A stretch of 64,000 bases of DNA from Acidimicrobiia bacterium (GTDB lineage: Bacteria; Actinomycetota; Acidimicrobiia; IMCC26256; PALSA-610). Position 1 is the stretch's first letter. The number at the start of each line of letters is the position of its first letter. The position numbers and the translations under genes are program-made. Location: positions 15,053-79,052 of the forward strand of contig DATBAK010000084.1 of NCBI GenBank assembly GCA_036271555.1. Reading direction: 5' to 3'. This document shows positions 62,390-64,000 of the stretch, piece after piece. Under the pieces are notes generated by a model. That model saw only the letters and a program-made list of their open reading frames with translations. It was not told where the DNA came from and made no database searches.

Positions 62390-63988
62390 TCAAGCCAGTG
62401 CGACCAGGTCCAAGAGATCGTCGGACCAGTAGTCGAGGGTGCCGTCGGGCATGAGCAGGACCCGCTGGGGCGCGAGCTCGGCGACGAACTCGGTGTCGTG
62501 GCTCACGAACACCATCGCCCCCTTCCAGCCCCGCAGCGCGGCGCCGACCGCCAGGCGCGACGGCGGGTCGAGGTTGTTCGTGGGCTCGTCGAGCAGCAGC
62601 AGGTTGTGGCGGCCCGCGACGAGCATCGCGAGCGCGAGCTTCGTCTTCTCGCCGCCCGAGAGCGTCGCGACGTCCTGGAACGCCATCTCGCCCGAGAGCC
62701 CGAACATGCCGAGCAGCGCGCGCATCTGCTGGTCGGAGAGGCCCATCGCGGCCGCGGTCTCGCGCATGTGGTCGAGCATCGAGCGGCCCGGTACGAGCAG
62801 CTCGTGCTCCTGCGCGTAGTAGCCCATCGAGACGCCGTGACCGAGATGGTGCTCGCCGAGGTCGGTTTCGAGCTGACCGACGAGCAGCCGCAACAACGTG
62901 GTCTTGCCCGCACCGTTGAGACCGAGGATGAGCAGCCGCTCCCCTCGCCCGACGCTGAACGACACGTCCTCGAACACGGTGTTCGCGCCGAACGACTTGG
63001 CGAGATCCGACGCTTCGAGCACCGTCGCGCCGGAGCGCGGCGGGTCGGGCAGCCGCACCGCGAGCTTCCGCTCCTTCTTCGCGGCCGTGACCTTCGTGGT
63101 CTCGAGCCGCTCGACGCGGTGGTCGAGCACCTTCGCGAGCCGCGCCCGCTTCGCGGTCTGGCCCCGCATCGAGTCGGCGAGCGCGCTGAGCCGATGGATC
63201 TCGGCCTCCTGCCGGCCCGCGAGCTTCGTCCGCCGCTCCTCGTCGGCCGCGCGCGCGGTCCGGTACTGCGAGTAGGTGCCGCGGTACTCGATGAGCTCAC
63301 CCTCGTCGAGGTGCAGGACGCGCGTGATCGCCTGGTCGAGCAGCACGAGGTCGTGGCTCACCACGAGCAGCGCGCCGCGATACGAGCGCAGGAAGCCCAT
63401 GAGCCACTGCTTGGCGTCGACGTCGAGGTGGTTCGTCGGCTCGTCGAGCATCAGCAGGTCGCTGCCCGCGAACAGGATGCGCGCGAGCTCGACGCGCCGA
63501 CGCTCACCGCCCGAGAGGGAGTGGATCGCCATGTCGAGACGGTCGCTGCGCAGGCCCAGGCCGGCGGCGATGCGCCGCACCTCCGACTCGGCCGAGTACC
63601 CGCCGAGGCGCTCGAACTCCTCCTGCGCGTCGGCGAAGCGGCGGAGGTTGCGCTCCGACGGGTTCTCGTCGACCTCGGCGTGGCGCTTCTCGAGCCGCTG
63701 CGCGATCACGTCGAGCCCGCGGCCCGAGAGCACGTGCGAGACGCCGGTCGAGTCGACGCCCGCGCCATGCGGTTTCGGGTCCTGCGGCAGGTAGCCGATG
63801 CGATCGCCCCGCGACACGACGCCGGCCGCGGCGGGCGCCTCCCCGCCGAGCACTCTGAGCAGCGAGGTCTTCCCGGCGCCGTTGCGCCCGACGAGACCCG
63901 CCTTGTCGCCCGGCCGCAAGGTGAACGAGCCGCCGACGAGCGTGAGGCGGCCGCCGACTTCGACGGCGAGATCGCGGACCTGGAGCAC
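62390..63988 (-). CDS. ABC-F family ATPase (two NBDs, no TMD)
   Basis: Two Walker A sites (GRNGAGKTS, GLNGAGKTT) and two signatures (LSGGERRR, LSGGEKTK), separated by a charged linker (RTARAADEERRTKLAGRQEAE). GTG start at 63988. Confidence 0.9.
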   Translation of the reverse strand: MLQVRDLAVEVGGRLTLVGGSFTLRPGDKAGLVGRNGAGKTSLLRVLGGEAPAAAGVVSRGDRIGYLPQDPKPHGAGVDSTGVSHVLSGRGLDVIAQRLEKRHAEVDENPSERNLRRFADAQEEFERLGGYSAESEVRRIAAGLGLRSDRLDMAIHSLSGGERRRVELARILFAGSDLLMLDEPTNHLDVDAKQWLMGFLRSYRGALLVVSHDLVLLDQAITRVLHLDEGELIEYRGTYSQYRTARAADEERRTKLAGRQEAEIHRLSALADSMRGQTAKRARLAKVLDHRVERLETTKVTAAKKERKLAVRLPDPPRSGATVLEASDLAKSFGANTVFEDVSFSVGRGERLLILGLNGAGKTTLLRLLVGQLETDLGEHHLGHGVSMGYYAQEHELLVPGRSMLDHMRETAAAMGLSDQQMRALLGMFGLSGEMAFQDVATLSGGEKTKLALAMLVAGRHNLLLLDEPTNNLDPPSRLAVGAALRGWKGAMVFVSHDTEFVAELAPQRVLLMPDGTLDYWSDDLLDLVALA

Positions 63989-64000
63989 GCCCCATCGTCG

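Overview
High-GC (about 70%) chromosomal segment that looks like Actinomycetota. This rests on F420/LLM enzymes, DUF559/AbiEi-type genes, frequent ATGA/GTGA gene overlaps and apparently leaderless promoters. All homology calls were made by eye from motifs, with no database search. I support about 56 protein-coding genes and found no rRNA, tRNA, CRISPR array, transposase or integrase.

Gene content by position:
- 0-13.5 kb: a Wzx/Wzy-type exopolysaccharide locus. It holds a heparinase-like protein, a GT4-flippase fusion, two PCP proteins, a Wzy-like polymerase, a GT4-methyltransferase fusion, a secreted beta-helix enzyme and a GT-C glycosyltransferase.
- 13.5-16.2 kb: a ferric-reductase / FMN-binding / ApbE flavinylation module.
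- 16-31 kb: scattered F420-type oxidoreductases and nucleotide-metabolism genes (surE, add, NUDIX, adk-like, dut).
- 19.7-21.6 kb: two secreted proteins of unknown function.
- 30-32 kb: a Fur-family / rubrerythrin / DUF3501 / dut operon.
- 33-41 kb: D-aminoacylase, acyl-CoA synthetase, a TetR regulator with a four-subunit 2-oxoacid:ferredoxin oxidoreductase, and an acyl-CoA dehydrogenase.
- 41-48.6 kb: an Opp/Dpp-type ABC operon with an extra fused permease gene.
- 49-55 kb: thiolase-like protein, enoyl-CoA hydratase, a DUF559 gene, a 2-hydroxyacid dehydrogenase, a class II aldolase and an O-methyltransferase.
- 55.4-62.3 kb: a compacted Liv-type ABC importer.
- 62.4-64 kb: an ABC-F ATPase.

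Most interesting candidates:
1. A chimeric transporter in which a complete MFS domain is fused to the LivF-type ATPase, next to a LivH-LivM-LivG triple fusion. A candidate operator is shared between its promoter and that of the binding-protein gene.
2. A secreted protein with four C-x13-C loops, eight tandem PTGSL pentapeptides and a sorting-signal-like tail.
3. Two separate families of structured intergenic repeats. One of them encodes the C-terminal tail of an enzyme, and the other brackets the DUF559 gene.
4. An EPS locus with domain fusions and twin PCP proteins whose kinase-like domains lack a functional P-loop.
5. The extracytoplasmic flavinylation/electron-transfer module.

None of these can be called novel without database searches, which I could not run.
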